A stretch of 64,000 nucleotides of DNA from the human T2T-CHM13v2.0 reference genome, Homo sapiens: assembly GCF_009914755.1 (NCBI RefSeq), contig NC_060947.1; one strand, 5' to 3'. Shown here piece after piece: positions 26,941 to 41,681 of this stretch. How positions within the stretch are numbered: the first letter of the stretch is position 1; every line of letters begins with the position of its first letter. Position numbers and translations under genes: made by a program. The notes below the pieces were generated by a model. It was not told the origin of the DNA and did not search any database. It saw nothing but the letters and a program-made list of their open reading frames with translations.

Positions 26941-27720
26941 ATGCATTAGCTATTTATCCTGATGCTCTCCCTCTCACTGCCAATCCCAACAGGCCCCAGT
27001 ATGTGTTGTTCCCCTCCCTGTATCCATGTGTTTTCATTGTTCAGCTCCCACTTATAAGTGAGAACATGAGGTGTTTGGTTTTCTATTCCTGCATTAGCTT
27101 GCTGGGGATAATGGCTTCCAGCTCTATTCATGACCTGCAAAGGACATGATGCATAGTATCATGCATCATGATATGATTCCTTTTCATGGATGCATAGTAC
27201 TCCATGGTGTATATGTAGGATATTTTCTTTATCCAGTCAATTACTGATGGGTGTTTGGGTTGATTCTACATCTTTGCTAGTGTGAATAGTGCTGCAATGA
27301 ACGTATGCATGCATGTGTCTTTATAATAGAATGATTTATAATCCTTTGGGGATATACCCAGTAGTGGGATTGCTGGGTCAAATGGTATATCTGGTTCTAG
27401 GTCTTTGAGGAATTGCCACGCTATCTTCCACAATGGTTGACCTAAATTACATTCCCACCAACAGTGTAAAAGCATATCTATTTCTCCACAGCCTCACCAG
27501 CATCTGTTGTTTCTTGACTTTTTAATAATCACCATTCTGACCGGTGTGGATGGTATCTCATTGTGGTTTTGATTTGCATTTCTCTAATGATCAGTGATAT
27601 TGAGCATTTTTCATGTTTGTTGGCCTCATGAATGTCTTCTTTTGAGAAGTGTCTGTTCATGTCCTTTGACCACTTTTTAATAGGGTCATTTGTTTTTTCT
27701 TGTAAATTTGTTTGTTTCTT
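26941..27720 (-). mobile_element. L1PA8-like 3' fragment lacking the terminal ~100 nt and poly-A
   Basis: ttagctatttatcctgatgctctccc...cagctcccacttataagtgagaacatg; ORF2 C-terminal translations at 27266-27475 and 27529-27729. Confidence 0.85.
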
Positions 27721-28121
27721 GCTGAACAATATCGATCAGTTCACAGTGAATATTTTTTTAAGACCATTAGCTTCAGTATGAATTAAGAGACATTGATGAT
27801 TCCTTTGACCAAAAGCATTTTCCATCCTATCTCCAGCTTGCTAGGATGTCCAAGTTAGTCATTTCTATAAGCAAAGGCACTGAAAATATTTTTAAAGACA
27901 ACATTCTATTATCATCAGTTACTTTATCAAATTAGATATTCAACCAACCCATTCCTGAAGGGAGGTGAGATGAGGTAAGTTTTTATGAGTGAGAGAAAGG
28001 ATAGGAAATGAAAAAATGCAGAGTAAGGACAGGCTTATGTGATTCTGTCATCAGAAGAGAGCATGAGGACCCTGGATAGACAGACATGAGGGTACGTAAT
28101 AAAATTTAGAAAAACAGTTGC

Positions 28122-30725
<2,604 letters not shown>

Positions 30726-30851
30726 TTCAACCACTGTGGAAGATAGTGTGGTGATTCCTCAAGGATCTAGAGCTAGAAATACCAATTGAGCCAGCGATCC
30801 CATTACTGGGTATATACCCAAAGGATTATAAATCACATATACATTAGGTAT

Positions 30852-30982
30852 TTTACATTAGGTATTCCTCCTAATGCTATCCCTCCCCCTGCCCCCCGCC
30901 CCATGACAGGTCCCAGTGTGTGATGTTCCCCACCCTATATCCAAGTGTTCTCATTGATCAATTCTTGCCTATGAATGAGAAC
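30852..30982 (-). repeat. 131-bp inverted copy of the same L1's 3'UTR (31222-31352)
   Basis: Manual alignment: 7 mismatches in 131, no gaps. Confidence 0.95.
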
Positions 30983-31645
30983 TATAAAGACACATGTACA
31001 TGTATTATTATTGCAGCACTATTCACAATAACAAAGACTTGTAACCAACCCAAATGTCCATCAAAGATAGACTAGATTAAGAAAATGTGTTACATATACA
31101 CCATGGAATACTATGCAGCCATAAAAAAGGATGAGTTCATGTCGTTTGCAGGGACATGGATGAAGCTGGAAATCATCATTCTGAGAAAACTGTCACAAGG
31201 ACAGAAAACCAAACACTGCATGTTCTCATTCATAGGTGAGAATTGAACAATGAGAACACTTGGACATAGGGTGGGGAACATCACACACTGGGACCCGTCA
31301 TGGGGTGGGGGGCAGGGGGAGGGATAGCATCAGGAGGAATACCTAATGTAAATGATGAGTTAATGGACACAGCAAACCATCATGGCACGTGTATACCTAT
31401 GTAACAAAACTGCATGTTGTGCACATGTACCCTATAAATTAAAGTATAATTAAAAAAAAAGAAAAGAAAAACAGTTGCTAACTTTATACTTTTCTGATAT
31501 TGGCTGCATTTTTTATATCTTATTTTTTAAGTAATGCATTACTCAAAAGTTATCTTTCCTACCTAGCTTTCCTTGATCTTCAAAACTGTGTATTTCCCCC
31601 TTCTTCTCCATAACCCTGGTTACACTCTGCCTTATGTTTAATTAC

Positions 31646-31660
31646 ATATCTCTATCTCTA

Positions 31661-31696
<36 letters not shown>

Positions 31697-31708
31697 GATT
31701 GATCTATC
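31646..31708 (+). repeat. (TATC)n repeat
   Basis: Direct read. Confidence 0.9.
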
Positions 31709-31779
31709 TTCTCTCCCCATTCTAGATTGTAAGCTATTTTAGGGCCAATCAGGTGATTGACTCTAGGCTGAAAGTTGCT

Positions 31780-31985
31780 GGAGCTGAGTTGCATCATAAC
31801 CAAGTGAGGAAATCCTTATTTATAGATTCCTGGGCCTATCCCAGATCACCTATGTATAGTTAGAATTTTTTATGCTAACATAACCTTGACACATGATTAT
31901 GTGGGGACAAGAACAGAACAGAAAATTAGCTTTAATAACAAGATGTATAATTAATTTTTAGGCACATTAAAGTTTGAGAAGCCTT
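31780..31985. mobile_element. MER5-like hAT-Charlie MITE
   Basis: tgcatcataacca...agattcctgggcctatcccaga...aaagtttgagaagc. Confidence 0.55.
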
Positions 31986-32252
31986 TATCTGGGGAAACTG
32001 CCTGGGAAATGCTTGCTGATCAAGAAAAATAATACTTTTTGCAGTGACTTCTTTAGTTTCTGCAGCCAGTGGTCATTTTTTTTAGCTTGGAGCAAAGAGT
32101 AGGTGAAGTTTGTCTTGAAACCCTATTCTTTCCCCTCTTATTATGTCCCTGGCATTTCTGCCCAAATCCCCTTGCTTCCAGAACCCAATTTTTTCTCAAA
32201 CTGATCTAGTGATCAACTAATATCTATGTTGTTAATTGACACTTTTCAATTT

Positions 32253-32551
32253 TATTTATTTATTTTTAGAGACAGAATATTCCTTTGTCACCCAGGCTAG
32301 AGAGCAGTGGCATGATCATAGATCGTTTCTGCCTTGAACTTCTGGGCTCTAGGTATTCTCCCATCTCAGCTTCCAGAGTAGCTGGGGCTACAGAAGTGTT
32401 CCACGGTCCCTGGATAATTTAATACATTTTATGTAGAGGGAGGGGCTTGCTATCTTGCCCTGCTAGTCTTGCACTTCTGGGATCAATTGATACTCCCACC
32501 TCGGCCTCCCAAAACATTGGGATTATAGATATGAACCACTTCTCTCGGTCT
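32253..32551 (-). mobile_element. AluJo-like (diverged)
   Basis: gcatgatcatag...gccttgaacttctgggctc. TSD acttttcaattt at 32241-32252 and 32552-32563. Confidence 0.9.
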
Positions 32552-33378
32552 ACTTTTCAATTTAAAAAGAGATAATTTTTATGGACAATAAGGCTTTACA
32601 TCCAAAAATAATAATTTTATAAATGAGAAATTATAGATTTTATGATAGGCAATGAGAGAAATATTAGGGTGTTAGGGGCTTTTTCTGGTACTATTTAGAC
32701 TTCACACTGTTTAGATATACATTCAGCCTATACCCAAATGTAGCCCTGCTCATTTTTTGCAGCCACTTCTGCACAATATGCCTTATAAATTAGAAGAGGT
32801 CACAGACATTTTTTAAAAAGAAGATTTGGGAGCTCTAAATATGCTGGACTGAATGATTCATGAGTTTCCCTGAAACTCAATGATTTAAAAATATTCTATA
32901 ATTGTTTTTCAGATGTTTTCCCTGTGGGCTCAGACAATTCAAGTACAGTTGAGAAGAACAGAAAAGGCAAAAGGGTTTCACATATCTCAAATTACAGAAA
33001 TGCATACCTGCAAAAACATAGGACTAACAAGACAAAAGACAGAGGCATCATAGAGCCTATTTCAAAGGCTATTTCAGCCAGATATTATGGTATGGATGTA
33101 TAGCAGTACAAGGTAATTCAGATAAATTTAAGAGTATTAAAATGCCAATAAACATAAAATTATCAATTCAGTAGAGATCTATTTCACTTCATTTAGTAAT
33201 GTTAACCAGCACTCCTAAACCTAAAATATAACCTTTCAGTTCTCTTTGCAAATGCTATTCTTTGCTGTTACCATTAAAATCATTTTAATGGGGCTATTTC
33301 TTAGAGTGTTAATAATCCCTCAGAAAGAATTCATGTTAAGTTATAACATAAGTTACAATATCTTTATTAATTAATTTT

Positions 33379-33661
33379 ATTTTATTATTATTTTTTGAGC
33401 ACGATCTCGGCTCACTGCAAGCTCCGCCTACCGGGTCCATGCTATTCTCCTGCCTCAGCCTGCTGAGTAGCTGGGACTATAGGCGCCTGCCACAACGCCC
33501 GGCTAATTTTCTTTCTTTTTTTTTTTTTTTTTTTTGTATTTTTTAGTAGAGACGGGGTTTCACCCTGTTAGCCAGGATGGTCTCGATCTTGGACCTCGTG
33601 ATCTGCCCGCCTCGGCCTCCCAAAGTGCTGGTATTACAGGCGTGAGCCACTGGGCCTAGCC
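33379..33661 (-). mobile_element. AluY with a ~39-nt deletion and an expanded middle A-tract
   Basis: ctgcaagctccgcc and gttagccaggatggtctcgatc. TSD tattaattaatttt at 33365-33378 and 33662-33675. Confidence 0.95.
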
Positions 33662-33718
33662 TATTAATTAATTTTAAACCCTGAATATTTTCTTCCTCCA
33701 CCCTGTTACAATGCAGAA

Positions 33719-33761
<43 letters not shown>

Positions 33762-33785
33762 ACCCCTCCCTCCTTTCTTTCTTTC
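33719..33785 (+). repeat. (TC)n / pyrimidine tract
   Basis: Direct read. Confidence 0.9.
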
Positions 33786-33799
33786 CGTGGTCTTCAATT

Positions 33800-34165
33800 A
33801 TTTAGCATACTGACTTTTGCCTTTAGGCTTGTCTCTTTAGCATTACAGAATAGCTACTGCAGTTGCAAATATCACATTGTCCTCACATTTCCTTATTACC
33901 ATTATTTAGAATGAGAATAGCTTTCTCAAAAGCTACCTGGGTGGAATTTTCTTCGTGGCTCATTGGCCATGACTTTGCCAATGAATATCAAAAGAAGATG
34001 AAATTACCGTGATTTACTTAAACTTATCAATATTCGTCTCCTGGGATGTGGAGAAGGCACAACCTCCGTATTAAAGCACCTGGCTGTCCAGAGCCTGACC
34101 AAAATCAGGGCTCTGTTACTACGGAGTGTACAGAGTTGGGTAGGATAGAAAATGGCTATTGTGAG
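33800..34165 (-). mobile_element. Old MLT1 (K/L-like) LTR fragment
   Basis: gctactgcagttgcaaatatcaca...ctcattggcca...ccaaaatcagggctctgtta. Confidence 0.5.
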
Positions 34166-34944
34166 ATAAAAATATCAGCAATAGGGGGTTTAAATATGGT
34201 ATTTTGGAAAAAAAGCCTCAAGTCTCTGCTTTTCAACAAATAGCTGTTTGATGTTAAGTATTTTCCTCAATTTTCTCTTCAGTAAATGACAGTTTGACTA
34301 AATCAGTGATATTATGTGGTAACTGGCATAACATCTCAGAGGAAAATACCCAAAATACCTTGGAGAATTTTTCAGAATGCATACCCAAATAGCATCCCTT
34401 CTCAGAATCATGAATTCTGAGTTCCTTCTACCAAAATAAAGAAATGTTTTTGAGAGTAACTATTTTAACAGTCATACTCTTCAAGTATATTAAGGCAAAA
34501 AGAATGTTTGAGAATTCTTGGAATAGATAATTTCTAGGTCTCCTATAAGTACTGTCCTACTTTGTGTATATATTCTAAAACAATGCATTTCATAAAAGGG
34601 TTTATGTATTTTTATGTCAGTTAACAAAATTTAATTTAATTTATATTTTTAAAATATAGCTAAAATTCAATTTACAGAAATGCATTTCTCTATAACCATT
34701 ATCCTGAAGTTTGTCATATAGTTCTCATATGTTTGATAAAATAGAACATTCCCAGAATTTTCCTCAAATAGCAGTTCAGATAAAATAAAAAAGACAAAAT
34801 CAAATACTAGTTTCAAATACAATATTAGATATGAGGAATGATGCTGCAAATATAAAGCAATAGATGACCTCTAAGGTCTTGTTCAGTTCTAAAATTATTT
34901 ATATCTAGGCAATCTTCAGGCAACCACTTACAGAACTGTTGTTT

Positions 34945-36235
34945 ATTTGTATGCCGTCTTTGGATAAATTTCTATTCTATTCATTTGTGCATTATAAAAT
35001 GGGATTATCATGTTTTTGTTATTGAGTTGTTTGAGTTCCTTATATATTCTGATTTTTATCCTTTTCAGATGGATAGTTTTCAAATACTTTCTCCCATGTT
35101 GTTGTCTGTGGCTTCACTTTGTTGATGTCTCCTGTGCTGTGCAAAAGCTTTTTAGCTTGATGTAATCTGTCTCGTGTTCATTTTTGCTTCTATTGCCTGG
35201 GCCTTTGAGGTATTACCCAACAAATCTTTGATGAGAGTAAGGTTCTGTTACATTTCCCCAATGTTTTCTTTTAATACTTTCATAGTTTCAGGTCTTACAT
35301 TTAAGTCTTTAATCCATTTTGAGTTGATCTTTGTCTATGGTAAAGGATGGGGACCTAGTTTCATTCTTCCATGTGCAGATATCCAGTTTTCCCATCACCA
35401 TTTATTAAAGAGACTGTCTTTCCCCAATGTATGTTCTTAGCACCTTTGTTGAAAATGAGTTGGGTGTAAGTGTGTGGATTTACTTCTGGGTTATTTATTC
35501 TGTTCTGTTGTTCTGTAAGTTTGTTTTTTGCCAGACACAATGCCATCTCTTTTGGTTACTGTAGCTTTGTTGTATAATTGGAAATCAGGTAGAGTGATGT
35601 CTTCAGCTTTGTTTTCTTTACTCAATACTTCTTTGGCTATCTGGGGTCTTCTTTGGTTCCATATTAATTTTACAATTGCATTTTCTATTTCTGTGAAGAA
35701 TGTCATTGGTATTTTAAAAGAGATTGCATTGAATCTGTAGATTACCTTGGGTAGTATAGCCAATTTTACAATATTAATTCTTCTAACACACAAGCATAGG
35801 ATATCTTATCATTTTTTGTTTCCCCTTCAATTTTGTTCATCAGGGTTTTTTTAGTTTTTGTTATAGAGATCTTTCACTTATTCAGTTAAGTCTATTACCA
35901 GCATTTAATTTTGTTTGAGGCTATTTTAAGTGGGATTGCTTTTTATTTTTTGTTTCAGATTGATCACCTTTATCATATATGAATGCTACCAATTTTTCTA
36001 TGTTGATTTTGTATCCTGAAACTTTACTGAATTTGTTCATTAGTTCTAAGAGTATTTTGGTGGAGTTGTTAGTTTTTTCTTAGTATAAGATCATGTCATC
36101 AGCAAACAAGAATGATTTGACTTTTTCCTTTCCAATTTAGATGTTTTTATTTCTTTCTCTTGCCTAATGGCTCTGGTTAGAACTTCCATTGTTATTTTGA
36201 ATAGAAATGGTAAAAATGGGCACCCTTATCCTATT
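34945..36235 (-). mobile_element. L1MA ORF2 fragment
   Basis: Antisense ORF2; translation [21 protein letters not shown] (35491-35793). Confidence 0.9.
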
Positions 36236-36689
36236 AATTGGATATAGTTTTAAATTATTGTCAAAAAGAAATCTTTGCAGTGTGTAGTAATATTGATGAG
36301 ATTGTTTGCTTTTTTCCATCATAATTATACCCAAATAGTTATCTATATGAATATTATACTAGAAACAATTTAGAATTAATAAATGGTATACATAGCTGCC
36401 ACAGGAAAGAAGTTGAGTCTTAAAAAATGTCTTAAAAAATGTGGAAATTATATGATAAAATTGCAGATTTATTTATTGGGAAATATTGTGAATGTTCAGC
36501 ATTTTATTTATATTAGTCAATGTGAGCATTTAATATTAAGCTGATTTAATTTGTATAAAAAGTGCACATTTTTAAATTACTATAATAATACATATTAGAA
36601 TATTGATCCAGTTCCCAATTGATACAACAATGAAATGTTTTATAATTCAAAGAGGTAAACTGTTTTAGCTTTGTAACATTGAATTTAGA

Positions 36690-36865
36690 GTCCAGGTTGA
36701 TATCTTTGATTTCCCACTTATTATCTAGGGGATTGTGGGCAAATAGTTTAATTTCTGTTTTCCCAGGCTCTTTTTGAGGATTAAAAAAGTTAAAAATTAT
36801 AAAGGACTTTAGAACAGTACATGGCATATTGTGAGCATTCAGAAAATGATAACATTTATTTGTCT
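36690..36865 (+). mobile_element. MIR
   Basis: tgggcaaatagtttaatttctgttt...gaggattaaa...ttagaacagtacatggcata. Confidence 0.65.
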
Positions 36866-37072
36866 ATTACTTTATTTATATGAAAATGGCCGTAGGAATG
36901 TAGCTAAACAAAAAATAAGAACAATATCTTTTAAAGCATCAGAACATTAAAAGGCGTAGTCAATGCATCCATAGGTATAAATGAAAGATAGGAATTTATT
37001 CTTATTCAATTGCTCAATTTAAAATATCCTTAGTGAAGTGAACTTTTTTTTACGCTACTGGTGAGAGTGTAA

Positions 37073-37376
<304 letters not shown>

Positions 37377-37697
37377 TAATAGTACGAATGTTTTGAATGA
37401 AAGTTTAAGAATACTAACAGAAGCCTTAAAAATACCCATACCATTGACCCAGAAATTTATTTAACTTAGGAAGTTATACTAATGAAACTGCAAGAAGACT
37501 TCTATGCTGTGTGATGCAGTTTCACCACTGCCATCATTGTCTTTTCTATCGCTGCAGGTTATGTCATGCTCAACTATCACTCTCAAATATGTGGTCCCTT
37601 ACCTGCTGAAATGCAGTCTCCCAAATCCCTAGGAACTAAAGTTTCAATATCCTAACATCTTAACTTTATTGCTTGTGTCTCCCCTGGGCCCCTTCAG

Positions 37698-37800
37698 GTT
37701 TCCAAGATCAAGAAAATAGAGCCCTGGCAGAGTGATACTTGAGGTTCTTGACCCCAGTGCAGAGATCCGCAAAGGTACACTGCTTGACCTCCCCTGCTTG
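37698..37800 (+). other. Candidate 103-nt non-coding exon
   Basis: Branch-like cctaac/cttaac, acceptor ttgtgtctcccctgggccccttcag and donor TTG|gtgagt; stops in all three frames. Confidence 0.35.
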
Positions 37801-37969
37801 GTGAGTTTGTGCTCTGTGCCTTCTTATTAATAAGGTGACAGGTTAGCAAAGAAGCATAATTTCAATTGGCTTTTCTAATGTGACCTTTGTCAACTGTATT
37901 TTGATATCTCACTGGTGAATGATAGGAGACATGAAGGCATCTATGATCTTTATGAGGCTGAATGTATCA

Positions 37970-39060
37970 ACCTTCAAAACATGTTGGCAGCAGCATATGC
38001 CAAAAAAAGAGTATGGATACAGGGATACCAGTTCAGGCCTGTTATTGTATGTGAGGAATGATATTAGCTTAGCCTAGACTGCTGTTAGTGTAGAATAAGA
38101 TAATTAGAAAATGTTAAGAAGTAATTTGGAAATAAAATCAACAAGACTTAGTTGATTAATTTGGTGTGAAGAGTATGAGAATAGAAGGTCTTATCAAGGT
38201 ATCAGAAATGACTTTTAGCTTTCTGATTCAAGAATCTAGCTGTATAATGGTGTCATTTCCATAGATGGGGAAGTTTATTGGGGAAAATAAGATGGAGATG
38301 AACAGTTGAATTTTAATTATTCCTATTTGAGATTCACATGTGTTTTCCAAGTAGGAATGTAAGATATGCAGTTGTAACGTACTAATTAGGGTATTTCTAA
38401 GTCTAAGGTGTAAAATTGAGATACATCAGCAAATAGATGGTATATAAAGCTATAGAAGTACATAAGGTAGCTAAGGAATAGTTGTGAGCATGAGAAGAAA
38501 ATAGGGCTTAGCATAGAGGCTTGAGTAATTTTAACAATAATGTGTCAAGTCTAATAGAAGAGGATGAACTGGCAAAGGACATTAAAAGAAACAGATAAAA
38601 AGATAAGAGGAAATTCAGGAGAGTGTGATTTACTAGAATCCAAGAGCAAATAATGCTTTAAGAACAATGTTGTAAATACTGTCAAATGTTTAGAGGCCAA
38701 GACCAGACCAACTGAACTGAGAATAATGATATGAATATCATTGGTGAAATTAGCATAAGTTTTAGTAAAATATTTGGAACAGAAGTCAAATGAGTTGGTT
38801 AAATATTGTTCAAGAGGTAAAAATGGCAACAAAGAGTGCAGAAAACTCCTTCTACAAGTTTGGCTATGAAGGGCAGGAGATGGAGCAGTAGCTGGGAGAG
38901 GACATTGAATCCAGGGAATTACCATTATTTAAAAAGAAAGAGTAGGCAAATGGGCAGTACAGAAGAAGAAGCTGAAAATACAGGGATGGGGTAAAAACTG
39001 ATAAGACCTCTGGGTCTCTGATAAATGAGAGAAGGATCGAGGAATGAAGGATCAAGAGTA
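37970..39060 (-). mobile_element. L2 body
   Basis: Purine-rich antisense L2 motifs (gaaataaaatcaacaagacttagttga, catcagcaaatagatggta, tgtcaaatg). Confidence 0.7.
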
Positions 39061-39214
39061 TAGATGTTGTAATCATGCTTCTATTTAGTTTTCTCCCATG
39101 ATTCTTGCAATAATTTTCTCACCATTCCTCTTTCTTATGACCAACTAAGAATTCCTTTATTCTGGTCTGTAAAGTTTTTGTGTACTATGGTCTTGGTGAC
39201 TCTTACAAAGTTAG

Positions 39215-39440
39215 AATGATAGAGTCTTTAGGAGATGGGCTTTGGAACCAGTCAGGCCACTTTGAGTCATTTTTTCTGCTGCTTTATTACCGCTTAAACT
39301 TGGGCAAGTTGAAAAATCTTAAAGTTTCTTCATATTTAAAATAGGAACAATAATAACTTACTACTAGGAATAATGTATTAAATAAGATAATGCATGTGAA
39401 ACACTTAGCACAATATCTGATATATAGTAAGTATTGGTTC
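39215..39440 (+). mobile_element. MIR
   Basis: gggctttggaacca...acttgggcaagtt...ataatgcatgtgaaacacttagcaca. Confidence 0.75.
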
Positions 39441-39554
39441 CATGCAATGCAACAGATTTGCTGCCACTTTACAATAATGGCATCTTGGCAAAGCCAGTTG
39501 TGAACTTGAATTGTAGATATATTAACTGCATCCCTATTACATCCACATTTTAAA

Positions 39555-39806
39555 CAGTTTGCAACCTTGTGGATCAAATTGAAATCACCAAATATATTTT
39601 GTTAATTCCATAGAATTTTAAATATACTTTACATTTTTGCCAGCATTTAAATGTCAGGGGATTTTACATATATATTTGGATTTTTGACTTCTCATGAACA
39701 TTGATAGATTTGCACTTATGTATGAAAACACAAGATCATGCTAATAGCTTCATTAGTTCAGTTTACCTGTTTTACTCCTGAAGGCACCAGAGTTTACAGC
39801 CCCTAT
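39555..39806 (-). mobile_element. MER102-like hAT-Charlie element
   Basis: ttgccagcatttaaa...gattttacata...tttacctg...cctgaaggcaccagagtttacagcccct. Confidence 0.55.
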
Positions 39807-40063
39807 AATAAGACATCCCTAAACCTTGAGGCTGTTGCTCAGCAAGAGATCAAATTTATGACTTTAGCAAAGTTTTCGTAGACATTCATTCAGCTACTTG
39901 TAAAATAATTGAAGACAAACCTCTAAATATTTTAAACTGTATTTTGGTCTAATACATATAATTTACAAATGAAAAAAATCAGAAATCAAATTCTCTCCTT
40001 AGACACATATTTTTATCTGGAGTATTTGCAAGTAGGAGGACTGACAAGAGAGAAATAACCTTA

Positions 40064-40583
40064 TTTTTAATTTTTAAAGCTAGCTACGAATGTCGTTTAA
40101 TTTTTTTCTCCCAACTATAATTTTAGTTTCAGGTGCTACATGTGCAGGTTTGTTACATGGGTAAATTGTGTGTCATGGGGTTTTCTTGTACAAATGATTT
40201 TATCACCTAGGTACTGAGCATAGTACCCAATAGGTAGTTTTTTGATCCTCACCCTTCTCACAGTCTCTACCCTCAAGTAATAGCTAGTGTCTATTGTTCC
40301 CCTCTTTGTGTCTGTGTATACTCAATATTTAACTCCCACTTATATAGGAGAACATGCAGTATTTGGATTCCCGTTCCTGCTTTCATTGGCTTAGGATAAT
40401 GGCCTCCAGCTGCATCCATGTTGCTACAAAAGACGTGATTTTATTTCTTTTTACGGCTGCATAGTAGATACATGCATGCATTTGTTCATTGCAGCACTTT
40501 TCACTATAGCAAAGACATGGAATCAACATAGGTGCCCATTAATGGTGGACTGGATAAAGAAAATGTGGTACGCATACACCAAT
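40064..40583 (-). mobile_element. Short L1PA15/16-like insertion with a 5' inversion (40467-40581 on +) and a probable 3' transduction
   Basis: Antisense 3'UTR at 40101-40466, then a sense-orientation upstream segment. TSD aaataac(c/t)tta at 40053-40063 and 40584-40594. Confidence 0.85.
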
Positions 40584-41295
40584 AAATAACTTTAGACTTT
40601 GATTAAAAATAATCTCTTCAACATCCTCATCTACCTTCATGTCTAGATTTAAAATAACTTTTATAGGGTCAGTCAGGAAAGCACTTCACCAAAATTAAAG
40701 CTCAGAAATAACATATCAAAATGTTCAGGCCTATTGCCCATCTTACTATCTATTGTAAAATGACCACTTTCCAATAAATGACCCTCACCGAGTGAGAACA
40801 GAGAGACCAAAGGTTACGTGAGCTTTTCTTTTATTTGAAAAATGGTGTCTAATATTATATCCAGCAATCTTTATCTGTCAGTTTTGCTGCTAGGCAATGA
40901 CCAGTGCCTTGGGAAATCAATAATACTGTTCAAGTTTATTTTAATTAGAAAAGTGTTACAGTTTATTCCTTAATAATAGGTGGCTGTCATATTTAATACC
41001 TACATATTAAAATTAAAAATCAGCAGAGTCATTTCAACTGTAAAAACATATTCTCCCACCTCACACTAATGTTCCTAAATTAGGGGAGTCAATCATATGT
41101 ATATACCAGAGAAACAAAAGGAAAAATATTACCCAGAACCCTTTGTGATTCTGTTTTTCCAACACTTGTTACCAAATCTCTGAATTGAATTTCCATGTCT
41201 TGAAATATCTAAGGTAGTTTCTATTTTCCTGATCAGGTACTGACAGATAATTCAGATGACAACAGTAAGTAGGTGTAGCAGCAAGGAAATATTAG

Positions 41296-41681
41296 TGATA
41301 TGGTTTGGGTCTGTGTCCCCACACAAATCTTACTTCAAATTATAATGCCCAGTATTGGAAGACGGGCCTGGTGGGAGGTGATTGAATCATGGGAGTGGAT
41401 TTTCCCCTTGTTGTTCTTGTAATAGCGAGTGAGTTCTCATGAGATCTGGTTGTTTGAAAGTGTGTACTACCTCCCCCTTCTCTAACTCTTCCTCCTGCTC
41501 CTTCCACATAAGTCGTGTCTGCTTCCCCTTACCTTTCTGCCATGATTGTAAGTTTCCCTAGGCCTACCCGGCCATGCTTTCCATACAGCCTGCAGAACTG
41601 TGAACCAGTTAAACCTCTTTTCTCTGTAAATTACCCAGTTTCAGGTATTTTTGTATAGCAGTGCAGTAACAGACTAATACA
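41296..41681 (+). mobile_element. MSTA solo LTR
   Basis: tgatatggtttgg...gggcctggtgggaggtgattg...ccatgattgtaagtttcc...gactaataca; TSD attag/gttag. Confidence 0.9.

Noticed and set aside
32900-33117. Possible exon (ttgtttttcag|ATG...AAG|gtaatt)
   Set aside because: Only a moderate donor, an in-frame stop after 46 codons and no other support.
38551-39076. 124-aa and 70-aa minus-strand ORFs
   Set aside because: They lie in a decayed L2, are compositionally biased and show no intact domain.
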